A stretch of DNA of 63,873 nt, filler included, from Octopus bimaculoides (Eukaryota), in the NCBI RefSeq assembly GCF_001194135.2. It is 11 parts of 10 records of this genome, joined end to end, with 100 filler letters (N's around TTAATTAATTAA, not from the genome) between each part and the next. Parts side by side here need not be neighbours in the genome. Positions count along the whole stretch, not along the records: positions 49,129 to 52,101 come from NC_068989.1; positions 52,202 to 58,520 come from NC_069001.1; positions 58,621 to 62,266 come from NC_068992.1; 8 more parts are not named here. The stretch is one strand, 5' to 3'. Shown here in pieces: positions 49,029 to 62,266 of the stretch (within the stretch, counting starts at the first letter, position 1; every line of letters starts with the position of its first letter). A model generated the notes under the pieces. The model did not search any database. It saw nothing but the letters and a program-made list of their open reading frames with translations, and was not told where the DNA came from. The position numbers were made by a program, and so were the translations under genes.

Positions 49029-49949
49029 NNNNNNNNNNNNNNNNNNNNNNNNNNNNNNNNNNNNNNNNNNNNTTAATTAATTAANNNNNNNNNNNNNNNN
49101 NNNNNNNNNNNNNNNNNNNNNNNNNNNNTATACATATATATCTTACATGTTATATATTAGATAGACAGATAAATAGATAGACAGAAAGGATACAATGTTC
49201 CATGTGAATAGATTCATTACGCTTACTATTGTTTGCCAGCCTTTCCTGCTTCCGCGTACGATCGCAGAAAATCGTTCTTGCCAAATTCCTACCTCAGTGC
49301 TACTTCCATCTGATGAAGGAGTTGTCTAAGTTGCGGGTTGTCTCTCTCTGTCTCTTTTGCTTTCTCTCTCTCTTTGTCTCTTTCCTCTGTCTCTCTCCTT
49401 ATGTATCTCTATCTCTGTCCCTCTTTCTGTCTTCCTCACGCATTCTCTATTTTGTTAAATTTTAAATTATTAATTATATAGCAACAATTTGAGAACATCT
49501 ATCAAATTAACACATACATAATGAAAAATATGTGGTAACACTTCTCACTCGTTTTAACTTTACAATACGTTTTTTGAATATATATATATACACCCACATG
49601 TATATGTACACACACATGCACACATATATATGCACACACACACACACACACTCACACACACACACACATATATATATATATACATACATACATGTTGGTC
49701 TTGTATCTGGTGCGTGTGATAATATTATTGGCGTAAAGACTCTCCCTCGACACAACAATTGTACCTATAATTGCTTTCCGTAACGTGAAATTGTAAATGA
49801 CTTTTGAGCCCTGATCACATACACTGCCACGATGTCTAATATCAGCTTCGTATCAATTTTCAGCTTTTTTGTTGCAAATATTCTAATATTATGAATGTTC
49901 AAATGTCGCTTCAATCATCCACGTGACTTGAAGGTTTTGACAGACATGG

Positions 49950-51200
49950 CATTGAAATTGGTCATTGAAATTGGTCATTCCTATAATTTATGTGTGCCTT
50001 ACTCCCATGGGTGCACTGATGAGATCTTATGCCAACGTGAGATATGTATACTTTATGCACAGTGACCATTTAATGAAGGAGTGAGAAACACTTGCAACAG
50101 TATAGATATTAATCTCATTTTTACGAAATTTTGTTTTCATTTCACCATGCTTATCTCTGCCCAGCTCGAAATCTTTAGTACTGTTCCAAATCGTCATTTT
50201 TCACGCTTTCCTGTCTGCTGCGAATGATTCAACACTTCTTAAACCTAAATTAAGGTTTTAAAGAGCCTTTGTGTCTTTTCTGCACATTACTATTTTTCTC
50301 TTTCTTACTATCAGCTCACTTTAAAGCAACTATCTGACGATGCGCTCAACATTCACATGGATAAGATGGCCTTTTCATCATGGTTGATTCCTAATAAGCA
50401 TGGCTTGGATTGATGTGACATTAGTTCCAGTAAGAAAGTCAGTGTACCTACCTATTCTGAGTACCTAATTATTCTGAGGCATTTCCGGTGATATCTTTCC
50501 CATATTTTTACATGTCACGTGTATATTTATTGCAGAAGAATAAAACAAGTAAAGAATGAATAAATGAGATATATGTCATTATCTTAGTTTTAACCTTATA
50601 TGGCGTTGTGACCTGACTTTAGATTCTAGGCTGCCTAAAGCTTTTGTTGCCTTTGCAAACGAGAAGTGATTTCTGTGTCTAAGTGTCCATCATGCACCAT
50701 GCTGCCCATGTATTCAATAAAAGTCACCATTTTAAGCATTCTACCCTTAACCAGCATCTGAGACCCGTTGAATTGTTCTGCAAGAGCGGGTTGATTCATT
50801 ACAACAGTTTTGTTTTTCAAAATTAATTGTGAGACCCAATATGTCACACGAGGAATCAAATGCGCGAATTAGATTCATTAAGGCTTGCTGATTGTGATTT
50901 ACTAGCTCACAGGGACCAAACTTACATAGGGAAATGAGAATAACAGCGTAGTGTTATACTTAAAGTTTGATCTTTTCTGATTAAACACATTAACCGAAAA
51001 GTGGTATTGTATATAGAGGCCAACTTTTGACGTTACAGATGCATTTGAAAGCGTAGATGCAAAATATGTGGAAAAGAATGCCAGAGATAACCTTGATTAA
51101 CACCATTTTCAACCGGAAATGTTTCCAACAGGTTTCTACCAAAGTTAACATGGGCATTCATATCTTATATGGAGAAATGAGAATAACAACCCAATCTTGA
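49950..51200 (-). pseudogene. RTE (BovB-like) LINE relic: RT to C-terminal zinc finger
   Basis: FPVENGVNQG, KTVVMNQPA...YMGS...DTEITSRL, FGSLESKV...IRLKTK, WERYHRKCLRII, SHVGIRSHQCTH in the expected order; many disruptions. Confidence 0.8.
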
Positions 51201-51879
51201 GGCACATTCTCTTTCCTCCTGTCCTCCAGTGGTATAAAGTAAGAAATGAAGTAGTTTTAAAATCAAATTTTCCGAGCTAATACCATCAATACACGGTGCT
51301 TTGCCATTAATGAGCTTTTTTTTTCAGCTGCTGCAATATGATCTTGCGCTCGTTAAAGAGACATTTTTTAATAACAAGGTCTACCATTTCCTGAATTATT
51401 ATCATATCTACATTTTGGTTGTCTATTGAGAGGAGCAGAAGAGTATTGTACGCATAGTTTATATAAGAACCTGACATCAGTGGAAAGCAGTTTGCCATCA
51501 ACGAATCTCCATGGAGCTATAGATGCTGATCTAGGGACAAAATCCTCTTTAACAAAAGAAAAGAGGCCCCATGTAGCTTTGCGGTCTGTAGTATCTGGCG
51601 CGTATTTTGGTTTTTGGTACCACCACCTATCATTTACTTTTCAAAGATTATACTGAATTTATAATAGAATAAATTCATATTTCATTTCTTGGTTAGGATT
51701 ATTAGACTTAGATTTTTTTCTTTTGACTTGTTTGTTGCTTTACATGAAGAAGATGAGTAATTTGCAAGTCATTGTCAATAAACCAATCTGCCACTTGCTT
51801 TACTTTTGGTGGAATAGTCATTATGCTTATCTTCAACACAGCTATGCTCATTGTATATTTCCTTATACTATCTATTCTT

Positions 51880-52100
51880 TTATTCTTTTACTTGTTTCAG
51901 TCATTTGACTGCGGTCATGCTGGAGCACCGCCTTTAGTCGAACAAATCGACCCCAGGACTTATTCTTTGTAAGCCTAGTACTTATTCTAACGAATTATTA
52001 TCCCGAACCGCTAAGTTATGGAGATGGAAACACACTAACATCGGTTGTCATGCGATGGTGAGGTGACAAACACAGACATACAAACATATACATGCATATA
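51880..52100 (-). mobile_element. SINE B 3' half, young
   Basis: Near-identical to 19467-19680. Confidence 0.9.
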
Positions 52101-52201
52101 TNNNNNNNNNNNNNNNNNNNNNNNNNNNNNNNNNNNNNNNNNNNNTTAATTAATTAANNNNNNNNNNNNNNNNNNNNNNNNNNNNNNNNNNNNNNNNNNN
52201 N

Positions 52202-52369
52202 TGGAGGCCCAACATTCCGAGTTCTTTTACAAGACTTAGAAAAACTGAAGGACCCCTGCAATAAGTGTGTGAATCTGAGAGAGGAATATGTCGACTAAAA
52301 TCATTATTAACTGGTCTTTCTGTAGTTTCTTTCATTCAAAACCAGAAACTTTTCCGCACCCCTCTCGTA
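52202..52369 (+). mobile_element. Mariner transposon 3' end
   Basis: QHSEFFYK/LEKLKDPCNKCVNLREEYVD* (mariner C-terminus, stop 52296-52298) followed by TIR-like aacttttccgcacccctctcg and TA; 5' part lost in the gap. Confidence 0.85.
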
Positions 52370-53053
52370 CAGACCCAAAAGTGCCGTCACCATAAAAGCA
52401 ACACCCATTGACCCCTCGAGCAACGCTGCTGAGACTGACCTCTTGATTTATATATCCTTCAGGACTCTTTTTTTTTTTCTTTGAGGCAAAAGTAAGGATT
52501 GTATTGAGGGAATGACAGAGATAGCAGCCAAATCTCCCTCAAATCATACATCTTAATACTTGGAAAAATAGTACTGCATATTGCAGACCTGTATATTTCC
52601 TTTTAAAATTAGCATGGTGAGCGTGGTGGGAAACGGAAGGTTTTTGGTTATAGATCTGGTCAAGCAGGGATTATCTAAGCTACAACAACAACAAAGAGGC
52701 GAAAATTTTCGCTTTTGTAAACAAACAAACGAAAATAACGCGCCATGGGGAAATTACACGCATCTGTAAATAACACGGGTATTAGTGTAGGATATGATAA
52801 TGTGGTGGATTTGAGAAAGACCGTGGTGGCTATATGGGAGCGGTGGAGGAAATAGTGGTTGGAGGGGGTGTCTGGGAAAATTTTGGCCAAGATGGGGTGA
52901 GGGATGGGTAAGTGGGATATTTGTGGTGGAAGTGGTGACACAATCGATGTTTGCTTTGAAGAGTGTGGTGGAAATGATGGCGGCGGCGGCGGCGGCGGCG
53001 CGCGCGAGAGGCAGTGCTGTGAGATATGAAAGGCAAGTCTATCATAAATCCAC

Positions 53054-53093
53054 CACGTGGTCTCTGCAGTTACGTAACTAATGTTTCACGTGA
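53054..53093. promoter_or_regulatory. Candidate enhancer: CACGTG - GTTACGTAAC - TCACGTGA
   Basis: E-box 53054-53059, PAR-bZIP/NFIL3 palindrome 53069-53078, E-box 53087-53092, just downstream of (GGC)7. Confidence 0.4.
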
Positions 53094-53224
53094 TCAGAGC
53101 GTGTTAGCTAATTCGCCGAGTGGACTGACTTATCCCTTGTTTAATATAAATGGATATATGCATACATTTGTTCGTGTGTGTGTGTGTGTGTGTATGTGTG
53201 CGTGTGTAAGCATGGCTTTATGAA

Positions 53225-53271
<47 letters not shown>

Positions 53272-53371
53272 CATACATACACACATACATATACATACAT
53301 TTGTATGTAAATGTATATAAGTGCGCTTTTAACTGAGTAATTTAAAATACACACACACATACACACATACA

Positions 53372-53420
<49 letters not shown>

Positions 53421-54133
53421 ATGTATGTATGTATATGTATATATTTTTTTCTTTTTTTTATTTGTTTCAATCATTTGACTGCGGCCATGCTGGAGCACCG
53501 CCTTTAGTCGGACAAAACGACCCCGGGACTTATTCTGTNNNNNNNNNNCTGTCTGTTTTTTATGTTTTATTTATATTCCTGCAGAACCAATGTGGGGTAT
53601 AGAATATGGAATATACAATATATAATATAATATACAATATATAATATAAAATAAAATAAAATAAAAATGGATGGCACCATGAAATAAAGTATTGAATGTA
53701 GATGAAATATTGAGTGTTCAATATAAAGGATCAAGAGTGTGTATGTATATGCGGGTGTATGTATGTATGTATGTATGCATGAAGGTATGTATATATACAT
53801 ATATGCATACCTTCATGCATACATACATACATACATACATACATACATACATACATACACATTCACACACACTTTTATAAACTCATAAAACAGAACACTA
53901 GCAAACCATAAAAATGCTTCAGACAACCAATAGAACGGACTTGCAAAATTCGTGACACAAAAGACATTTCACCCGAAACTATGATTAATTGTCGTCTGAC
54001 AGCTATGCATGAGAGAAACCTAAGTCGAACATGCAAAATATAATTTATAGTAATTTAAATTTTAAATCCGTTATTGAAGATCTTATCACTCATTCTCAAG
54101 GCCTTCTCAGCTTATGGCAAAACTTATGACATC

Positions 54134-54161
54134 TATTTCTTTACTGCCCACAAGGGGCTAT
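54134..54161 (-). mobile_element. 28-bp 5'-truncated SINE A1 tail with 15-bp TSD
   Basis: aaaacttatgacatc at 54119-54133 and 54162-54176 flanking tatttctttactgcccacaaggggctat. Confidence 0.88.
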
Positions 54162-54825
54162 AAAACTTATGACATCGCAACAAGCTTTTTTAAAAATAAG
54201 ATCGTGAAAGTCTCGAAACTTCAGACAAATGGATTCCGGGAGGGTGCGGTTTCAAATCATACATAAGGGACTAATAGGGGAATATATATTTTTTTTTAAA
54301 TAATAAACGAAAATTATACTTCAACATAGTCATGTTTTAGTATAACATATTTGAAAGCTAAGTCATTCCTTAATNNNNNNNNNNNNNNNNNNNNNNNNNN
54401 NNNNNNNNNNNNNNNNNNNNNNNNNNNNNNNNNNNNNNNNNNNNNNNNNNNNNNNNNNNNNNNNNNNNNNNNNNNNNNNNNNNNNNNNNNNNNNNNNNNN
54501 NNNNNNNNNNNNNNNNNNNNNNNNNNNNNNNNNNNNNNNNNNNNNNNNNNNNNNNNNNNNNNNNNNNNNNNNNNNNNNNNNNNNNNNNNNNNNNNNNNNN
54601 NNNNNNNNNNNNNNNNNNNNNNNNNNNNNNNNNNNNNNNNNNNNNNNNNNNNNNNNNNNNNNNNNACGTGAGAGAGTTAGGGGTTGGGGGTTCAACCCAC
54701 TAAGGGATAGTATCTATCCAGTATACTGCTGGGAGGGTACCCAATTATTGCTACACTAGTGCTATACTAAGTGCAATCAATGGGAGCGGGTAAAAGTGGA
54801 GGTTTTACCCCTATATATATATGTA

Positions 54826-55190
54826 GGTTCAGTTCCACTGCGCAGTACCCTGAGCAAGTTGCTTCCACTATAACACCGGGGCGACCAGCCCCTTATGTGT
54901 GTATTTGATTGACGGAAACTGAAAGAAGCCTGTCGTATATGTGTATATATGTGTGTGTGCATGCGTGTGTGTGCGTGCATGTATGTGTGTGTATATGTCT
55001 GTGTTTGTCTTCCGATACTTCTTGACAACTTGTGTTGGTTTGTTTACGTCCACCTAACCTAACGGTTCGGTAAAAGGAACCGATGGACTAAATACCAAAC
55101 ATAAAATCAAGTGCTGGGGTCGATTTGTTCGAGAAAATCCTTCAGGGTAGTGTCCTACCCTTGTCGCAATCCAAAGACTGAAACAAGTAG
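54826..55190 (+). mobile_element. SINE B, nearly full length, diverged
   Basis: ggttcagttccactgcgcagtaccctgagcaag...gacggaaactgaaagaagcc...(TG)n...gactgaaacaagta. Confidence 0.85.
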
Positions 55191-55613
55191 ACAGAAACCT
55201 ATTACTATATGTTTCAAAAACTTTCGCCCTGTTTGCATATTCTTGAAACTAATAAGTAATTATGGCTTGACAAGGTTATTACAACTCTTAAATACATACA
55301 TAGGTACAGATATGCATACATATAAACACAAACACACACATACTCACACACACACACACACATATATACGTATGTAGTCATACATGCATGTATGTACGTA
55401 TATATGTATTGAGAACAACCAACTCATACAGACACAAATATCCCATGGTAATTGTCTGGCTGCAAGTGTAGAGAGAGCACGTTCTGTCCACTTTATGGCA
55501 AGTGTCTCACAAAAAGCGTTTGTGTAAAGAGCAAAGGTAACAATTGCAGATGGTATCGAGATAAATTACAATGAATGGACAAATGTAAAAATAACAGAAT
55601 TACACTCATATAC

Positions 55614-55652
<39 letters not shown>

Positions 55653-56564
55653 CACACACACATAATGTATAATACATATGACAGATATTATACATATATA
55701 TATGTGTATGTGTGTATGTATGTATATNNNNNNNNNNNNNNNNNNNNNNNNNNNNNNNNNNNNNNNNNNNNNNNNNNNNNNNNNNNNNNNNNNNNNNNNN
55801 NNNNNNNNNNNNNNNNNNNNNNNNNNNNNNNNNNNNNNNNNNNNNNNNNNNNNNNNNNNNNNNNNNNNNNNNNNNNNNNNNNNNNNNNNNNNNNNNNNNN
55901 NNNNNNNNNNNNNNNNNNNNNNNNNNNNNNNNNNNNNNNNNNNNNNNNNNNNNNNNNNNNNNNNNNNNNNNNNNNNNNNNNNNNNNNNNNNNNNNNNNNN
56001 NNNNNNNNNNNNNNNNNNNNNNNNNNNNNNNNNNNNNNNNNNNNNNNNNNNNNNNNNNNNNNNNNNNNNNNNNNNNNNNNNNNNNNNNNNNNNNNNNNNN
56101 NNNNNNNNNNNNNNNNNNNNNNNNNNNNNNNNNNNNNNNNNNNNNNNNNNNNNNNNNNNNNNNNNNNNNNNNNNNNNNNNNNNNNNNNNNNNNNNNNNNN
56201 NNNNNNNNNNNNNNNNNNNNNNNNNNNNNNNNNNNNNNNNNNNNNNNNNNNNNNNNNNNNNNNNNNNNNNNNNNNNNNNNNNNNNNNNNNNNNNNNNNNN
56301 NNNNNNNNNNNNNNNNNNNNNNNNNNNNNNNNNNNNNNNNNNNNNNNNNNNNNNNNNNNNNNNNNNNNNNNNNNNNNNNNNNNNNNNNNNNNNNNNNNNN
56401 NNNNNNNNNNNNNNNNNNNNNNNNNNAGTTAATATATTTTATTTGACTTACAATGAACACGAAATGCCATAACGGCAAATTAAGTTTAATTTTTACCTCC
56501 ACAACTGGGTGACCGATTAACCTTACACCAGAGTACAGGGCACCCAAGTTACGCAATAACAACT

Positions 56565-56629
<65 letters not shown>

Positions 56630-56924
56630 CTGTGTGTCGCGTAGCACATGCAGCCTACTCCATGCACACATACACGCGCGCGCGCTCATTATCGCCGCAA
56701 CATACTGTCGGTATTAAAATGCACGTGTATTTAGAATAGAGCAAAATGACTGTTTGTGTTGGAGCATCCATTGCCCCATGTTTGTTTCGGCTTCTGCGCT
56801 CCAAGTTCAGTTCTGTCCGAGGAAATCGTACCGGTTTAGCACTACGATAGTTTCGTCACTCACGCTCTTGTTTTCTTTCAGAATTGGCTACGCTTCACTT
56901 GGTGTCCGACTGCATTACTTTCTT

Positions 56925-57135
56925 ATAGTGTTTTTGCACGGTTTAGCCATTGGTCTGCAGCCATGCTGGAACAGTACCATGAAGCGTTTTGTCAAACATT
57001 GACTCCACACGAGTACTTTATTTTTTTAAGTCTGGGACATATTCTATCAGTCAGTTTTGCCGAACCGCTGACTTACGTGCATGTATACAAACTGAAGCTA
57101 TATCTTTTGGGGATGGGAGGTGGGGCAACACTAAT
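56925..57135 (-). mobile_element. SINE B 3' half, diverged
   Basis: ctgcagccatgctggaacagtacc...ttttgccgaaccgctga. Confidence 0.75.
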
Positions 57136-57464
57136 ATAAAGACATTCATACATTTACATACATAATTACATACATACATACAACGATACATACATACATA
57201 CATACATGCATACATACAAGAGCTACGTAACATATGGAAACACCTCAGTGGAGATAAGACATTACAGTTGAAAATAGCAGAAGTAGGTCTTCTTTCAAAA
57301 CGTTTGTGTTGTGTTCGACTGTTACGTTGTTAAACATTTCGATCATGGTTTTACTTTCGTTCTTTAACGACGTTATGAACAGCTATACAGTAAAATAGAA
57401 ATTTTGATTTAAAAAAAAAATAATATAAGAGCTAGCACCAAACTTTGGTATTGTGAGCTATACC

Positions 57465-57720
57465 AGCACCCAAACTGGACGTCATTGCACTGTTCTAAAG
57501 GTCCTAGCTATCCCTTTTAGAGTGAGGTCCTTGTACTACAATAGTTTGGGATTCAAAACATCTCAAGGATCTTCATGGAGCAGGGGTAGATGTTTTCAAG
57601 AAAACAATTAACCTTCTGCTATCCATGGTCCCAGATGAACCTATATCAGATGAACCTATATCAGATGAGCCTATATAAACGCAAAAGAGGCTAGCACTGT
57701 CGAACTCCTTTCTTCACCAA
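57465..57720 (+). pseudogene. CR1-like LINE ORF2 C-terminal fragment
   Basis: KTGRHC...GP...KHLKDLHGAGVDVFKKTINLLLSMVPDEP; 15-bp unit cagatgaacctatat x3 (57632-57676). Confidence 0.6.
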
Positions 57721-57886
57721 AAGCCAAAAACTTAAGATTGGCTATTGAAAAAGTGATTACACTGGCGCTGCTCCAACATGGCCACAACCTGAGGACTGGA
57801 ACATCTATAAGAATAAAATAATAACGTTGAATTTGTAAGGGTCTTGCCGGTTCATTGTATTTAATATGGGGGCTGAGTAATGCTTA

Positions 57887-57959
57887 CGTTCCGTAGTGTA
57901 ACCGATGATGCAATCGCCCAGTAAGCGATCCTGGTGTGGTTCGAGTCAAGGCAGGAGTC
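57887..57959 (+). pseudogene. tRNA-like sequence (Val-like 5' body, AGT anticodon), degenerate; T7 run at 57963-57969
   Basis: Canonical cloverleaf spacing; perfect anticodon stem atcgc/gcgat; B-box ggttcgagtc; acceptor and T stems mismatched. Confidence 0.55.
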
Positions 57960-58254
57960 TCGTTTTTTTACCTCTCCAAATTCTTGCATATCACTCTACG
58001 GTGTAGGTTTTATTTAATTGACAACCAGAAAAAATCTAACGCCTATTTGATTAAAAGATAATGTTAGTTTAATGGAACAGGATATAATATAATGTAAGCA
58101 TATTACGAATGGAAAAAACAGATTATATTTATTTTTATTATTGATCGGATGTTTTAAAAATCATTAAGGTCAGCTTTGGTTTAATCGAGTACCCGCCCCC
58201 CTCACGAAATTTCTGGCTTTTGCCTATGATGAAGATTATTTTAAAATTATTTAG

Positions 58255-58355
58255 GAGTGGCTGAGTGTTAAGTAGCTTGCTTACCAACCACAGTGTCTAC
58301 TATAGCTTCGTGCCGTTTGGTAGACGGAAACTGAAAGAAACCCGTCGTATATATG

Positions 58356-58418
<63 letters not shown>

Positions 58419-58520
58419 TTGTGTGTCTGTGTTTGACATCTCAACATCGCTTGACAACCGATGTTGGTGTGTTTATGTCCCCGTAATTTAGCGGTTCGGC
58501 AAAAGAGACCGATAGAATAA
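58255..58520 (+). mobile_element. SINE B with 5' internal deletion
   Basis: ggagtggctgagtgttaagtagcttgcttaccaaccac...gacggaaactgaaagaaacccgtcg...cggcaaaagagaccgatagaataa. Confidence 0.88.
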
Positions 58521-58620
58521 NNNNNNNNNNNNNNNNNNNNNNNNNNNNNNNNNNNNNNNNNNNNTTAATTAATTAANNNNNNNNNNNNNNNNNNNNNNNN
58601 NNNNNNNNNNNNNNNNNNNN

Positions 58621-58663
<43 letters not shown>

Positions 58664-60677
58664 TGTATGTATATGTATGTGTCTGTATGCACATGTATGT
58701 GAGGGTAAATACATATGTATATATGAGTATATGTGGGTGTGTATATGCATGTGTATATATGCATATACATGTGGGTGTATGTATAGGTATGTATATATAT
58801 ATATATGTGTGTGAATGGGTGTGTCTATTGGTGTATATATATATATGCATGTATATATGTGTATGTATGTCTGTGTGTGGGTATGTGCATACCCATGTAC
58901 TTACAATCATTCATGGGAATATCGTGTGCTTGTAGATGTTTATGCACCTGTATATATGCGTGTGTGTATGTACATTTTGAGTGTGTATATATGAGGATGT
59001 GGGAGTAACTGTCTTCTACGTACTAGGGTCTCTGGTACTCAACGATATTCTGCCATGGTTTGGACGGTTTTATTCATCGATTGTTTGTTTAGTCAATTAT
59101 TGTTTACTTATCTACTCATTTGAACCAATGTATTAATTAACTAGTTAGTTATGTAGGATACGGTATGGTGATGGTGATGGTGGTGGCAGCAATAACAGTG
59201 ATAATTAATTATGTAAGTTAATGGTTAGTTAGGTAGGATACTCAAATCTTAGGGTCACCCCCATTCACTATGATCTCTATAGTAATTGACGCCCCATGTA
59301 TTAACCTAACAGTAGAAATAATGAAATACAATTACACATGAATCACTAAGTTTATAAATAACTACCATAATGGCTTATTAGTTGAGTGAATCTACTAAAA
59401 ATAGAATCCTTCTNNNNNNNNNNNNNNNNNNNNNNNNNNNNNNNNNNNNNNNNNNNNNNNNNNNNNNTTAGGCTTAATCCAATTTAACGCCAACATACCA
59501 TAAAGTGAATTATGAGTAGTCTTATAGTTTTAATACATTATGGCTTTGTCTTGTTACTTTACCTCTTATTCTAGTGTGGTCATGTAAGCGTGTATATATA
59601 CATAAGGATAGTTACTTATTTATTTTTATTTATTTATTTCTATCCGCATATAGGCTTCTTAATAATCTATTCAATAACTCATCTAATCCTTGTATTGGTA
59701 TATACACTCCATCTATATAAGTATATAGTGAAATGAAGGGATGTGTGCGTGTGTATGTATATGTGTATATATATACATATATGTACACATGTATATATAG
59801 ATATAAATATATATAGCATGCGCGCGTGTGTGTGTGTGTGTGTGTGTATGTGTACGTATGCATGCGCGCCCTAACCCTCTTGAACGGTTGGTGTCTATCC
59901 AACCGTAGCTAAGCCTAGATAGTTTTAAACAATAGTTGTCCAATTAGATGAGAGGAATTAACTGTAGAAATTACCCCTCCCTAAATAGCAGCAGAATCTC
60001 TAATACCCACTACTGGAATGACCTGATCTTCTCCACAGGAAGAATAATGGAGTACCTCATCATAAAGTTCAAAAAGTTGGCATATTATTATTGTTATTGT
60101 TGTTGTTATTGTTGCTGTTGCTGTTATTATCATCATCATCATTATTATTATTATTATTACTATTAGAGTATCAATAACTCCTCTAGAAATAATTTCCACA
60201 TAGACCCATCCACCACATACAGAACTGACACGCTTGCACCCAACAAATTTTAACATATAAACAGCTTTCAAAACGCAATGAATGACATTCATACCAGGGA
60301 TCTTGGATGTATGGGAATATTTGTGTATACATATATGTATGTATGTATGTACGTGTGAGGGGATAGATATATATGTGTATGTCCCCCTTAGATGTGGTGA
60401 CAGTGACTATTGACTATTTTGGTGTGCATGTACAGCCATCTGTGTATGTGCATCTGGGCACACATATGTACTCATCTATCTATGCTTTTGTATCCATAGA
60501 TATCTACGTATGGTTATGTATGCAGGCACAGGCATCTGTATTGGAGTGTTTAAAACTATTTATATGGTTTTATATACTGTTTGTAGGCTTTTTATGTGCC
60601 TTATATTTTTATATTTTCATTTTTCATCTATTTTTATTTTTATTTTTACTTTATTATTTTTATTTTTATTTTCATCT

Positions 60678-62266
60678 AGCCAAATCGACTACATCCTCGC
60701 CAGAAATAGAGAAAGAGGGAGGCTTATAAATGCCAAAACCTTCCCTGGCAAAGAATGTACCCCACAACATAGATTAGTAGTTAGCGACTTTGGGATCAAG
60801 GCAAAATGGGTGCCCTGAAGTAGACCGGCTTGGAGGAGAAGGGTGTGGAAGATTAAAGACCCTGCAAAAGGACAGAGACTTAGAGACAAGTTACTTAAAG
60901 CATTTGACGAAATAGAAGGGGATATAACATCATACAACGTGGAAGACAATTGGAGATTTCTGCGGAACAACCTGCTGAGAGCCACCGACCAGATCTGTGG
61001 CTGGGGTAAAGTCCCCTCTCGAACCAGAGTAACGTGGTGGTAGAACAAGGAGGTAGACAGGGCTATTAGACAAAAGAAACAGGCTTGGAAGGACTGGAAG
61101 AATGGTGGTAGCTGGGAACTGTACCAATCTGCCAGAAGGGAAGCTAGGCGACAGGTTTATTTAGCCAGAGGGGAAGCAGATAAGAAAAGATTTATCAATG
61201 TTCTGCGCCGTAAGGACCAAAGACTCGAGGCATTTCGTGTTGCAAGACAGTGTAGGAGGGAGAATAGTGATGTCGTAGGAGAGAAATGTGTTCGCATGGA
61301 TGATGGTACGCTTGCACTAAATGAGGCTGCAAAGAAAGAGGTCTGGAGATGCCACTACAATAGATCGCTTAATAAAGAGAATGAATGGGAGAAAAAGAGC
61401 CTGCCGTATGTCGACCCAACAGAGGGACCNNNNNNNNNNACGTGGTGGTAGAACAAGGAGGTAGACAGGGCTATTAGACAAAAGAAACAGGCTTGGAAGG
61501 ACTGGAAGAATGGTGGTAGCTGGGAACTGTACCAATCTGCCAGAAGGGAAGCTAGGCGACAGGTTTATTTAGCCAGAGGGGAAGCAGATAAGAAAAGATT
61601 TATCAATGTTCTGCGCCGTAAGGACCAAAGACTCGAGGCATTTCGTGTTGCAAGACAGTGTAGGAGGGAGAATAGTGATGTCGTAGGAGAGAAATGTGTT
61701 CGCATGGATGATGGTACGCTTGCACTAAATGAGGCTGCAAAGAAAGAGGTCTGGAGATGCCACTACAATAGATCGCTTAATAAAGAGAATGAATGGGAGA
61801 AAAAGAGCCTGCCGTATGTCGACCCAACAGAGGGACCAGCTATCCGAGTTGACAGTACCAGGGTAGATAAAGCAATTAAGAGTATGAAGCCCCCAGCCCA
61901 TCAGGAATCACTGCATAGATGTTCAAAATATGTGGCAGTGTTGGCTACAGCCTAGTCACCCGTATTACGAACCAGGTGATACATGAAGGAGTCATACCCA
62001 ATGACTGGTGTAGCAGCACCATAGTCAACTGCTACAAAGGTAAAGGTGACGCTTTAGATACAAATAATTACAGAGGCATCAAGCTGTTAGATCAGGTTAT
62101 GAAAGTTACGGAGAGGGTCATAGCCCAACTAATTAGGGAGCGAATCAATTTAGATGAGATGCAGTTTGGGTTCATGCCAGGTAAAAGCACCACTGATGCC
62201 ATATTTCTAGTAAGACAGCTGCAGGAGAAATACCTAGCCAAGGATAAACCTCTGTACCTGGCTTTC
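60678..62266 (+). mobile_element. RTE-clade LINE, APE end + linker + RT start; little decayed but defective
   Basis: SQIDYIL...PQHRLVVSDF (APE end); WW*NKEV; KGKGDALDTNNYRGIKLL...QFGFMPGKSTTDAIFLVRQLQEKYLAKDKPLYLAF (RT). Stops at 60816 and 61041, frameshift near 61890; runs into a gap. Confidence 0.93.

Noticed and set aside
51320-51660. LLQYDLALVK / NNKVYHF as a serine-protease exon or piggyBac relic
   Set aside because: Similarity is limited to a few residues and frames are interrupted; unsupported without a search.
61032-61837. 398-bp tandem duplication inside the RTE LINE
   Set aside because: The two copies appear identical and are separated only by a 10-N gap: unmerged contig overlap.
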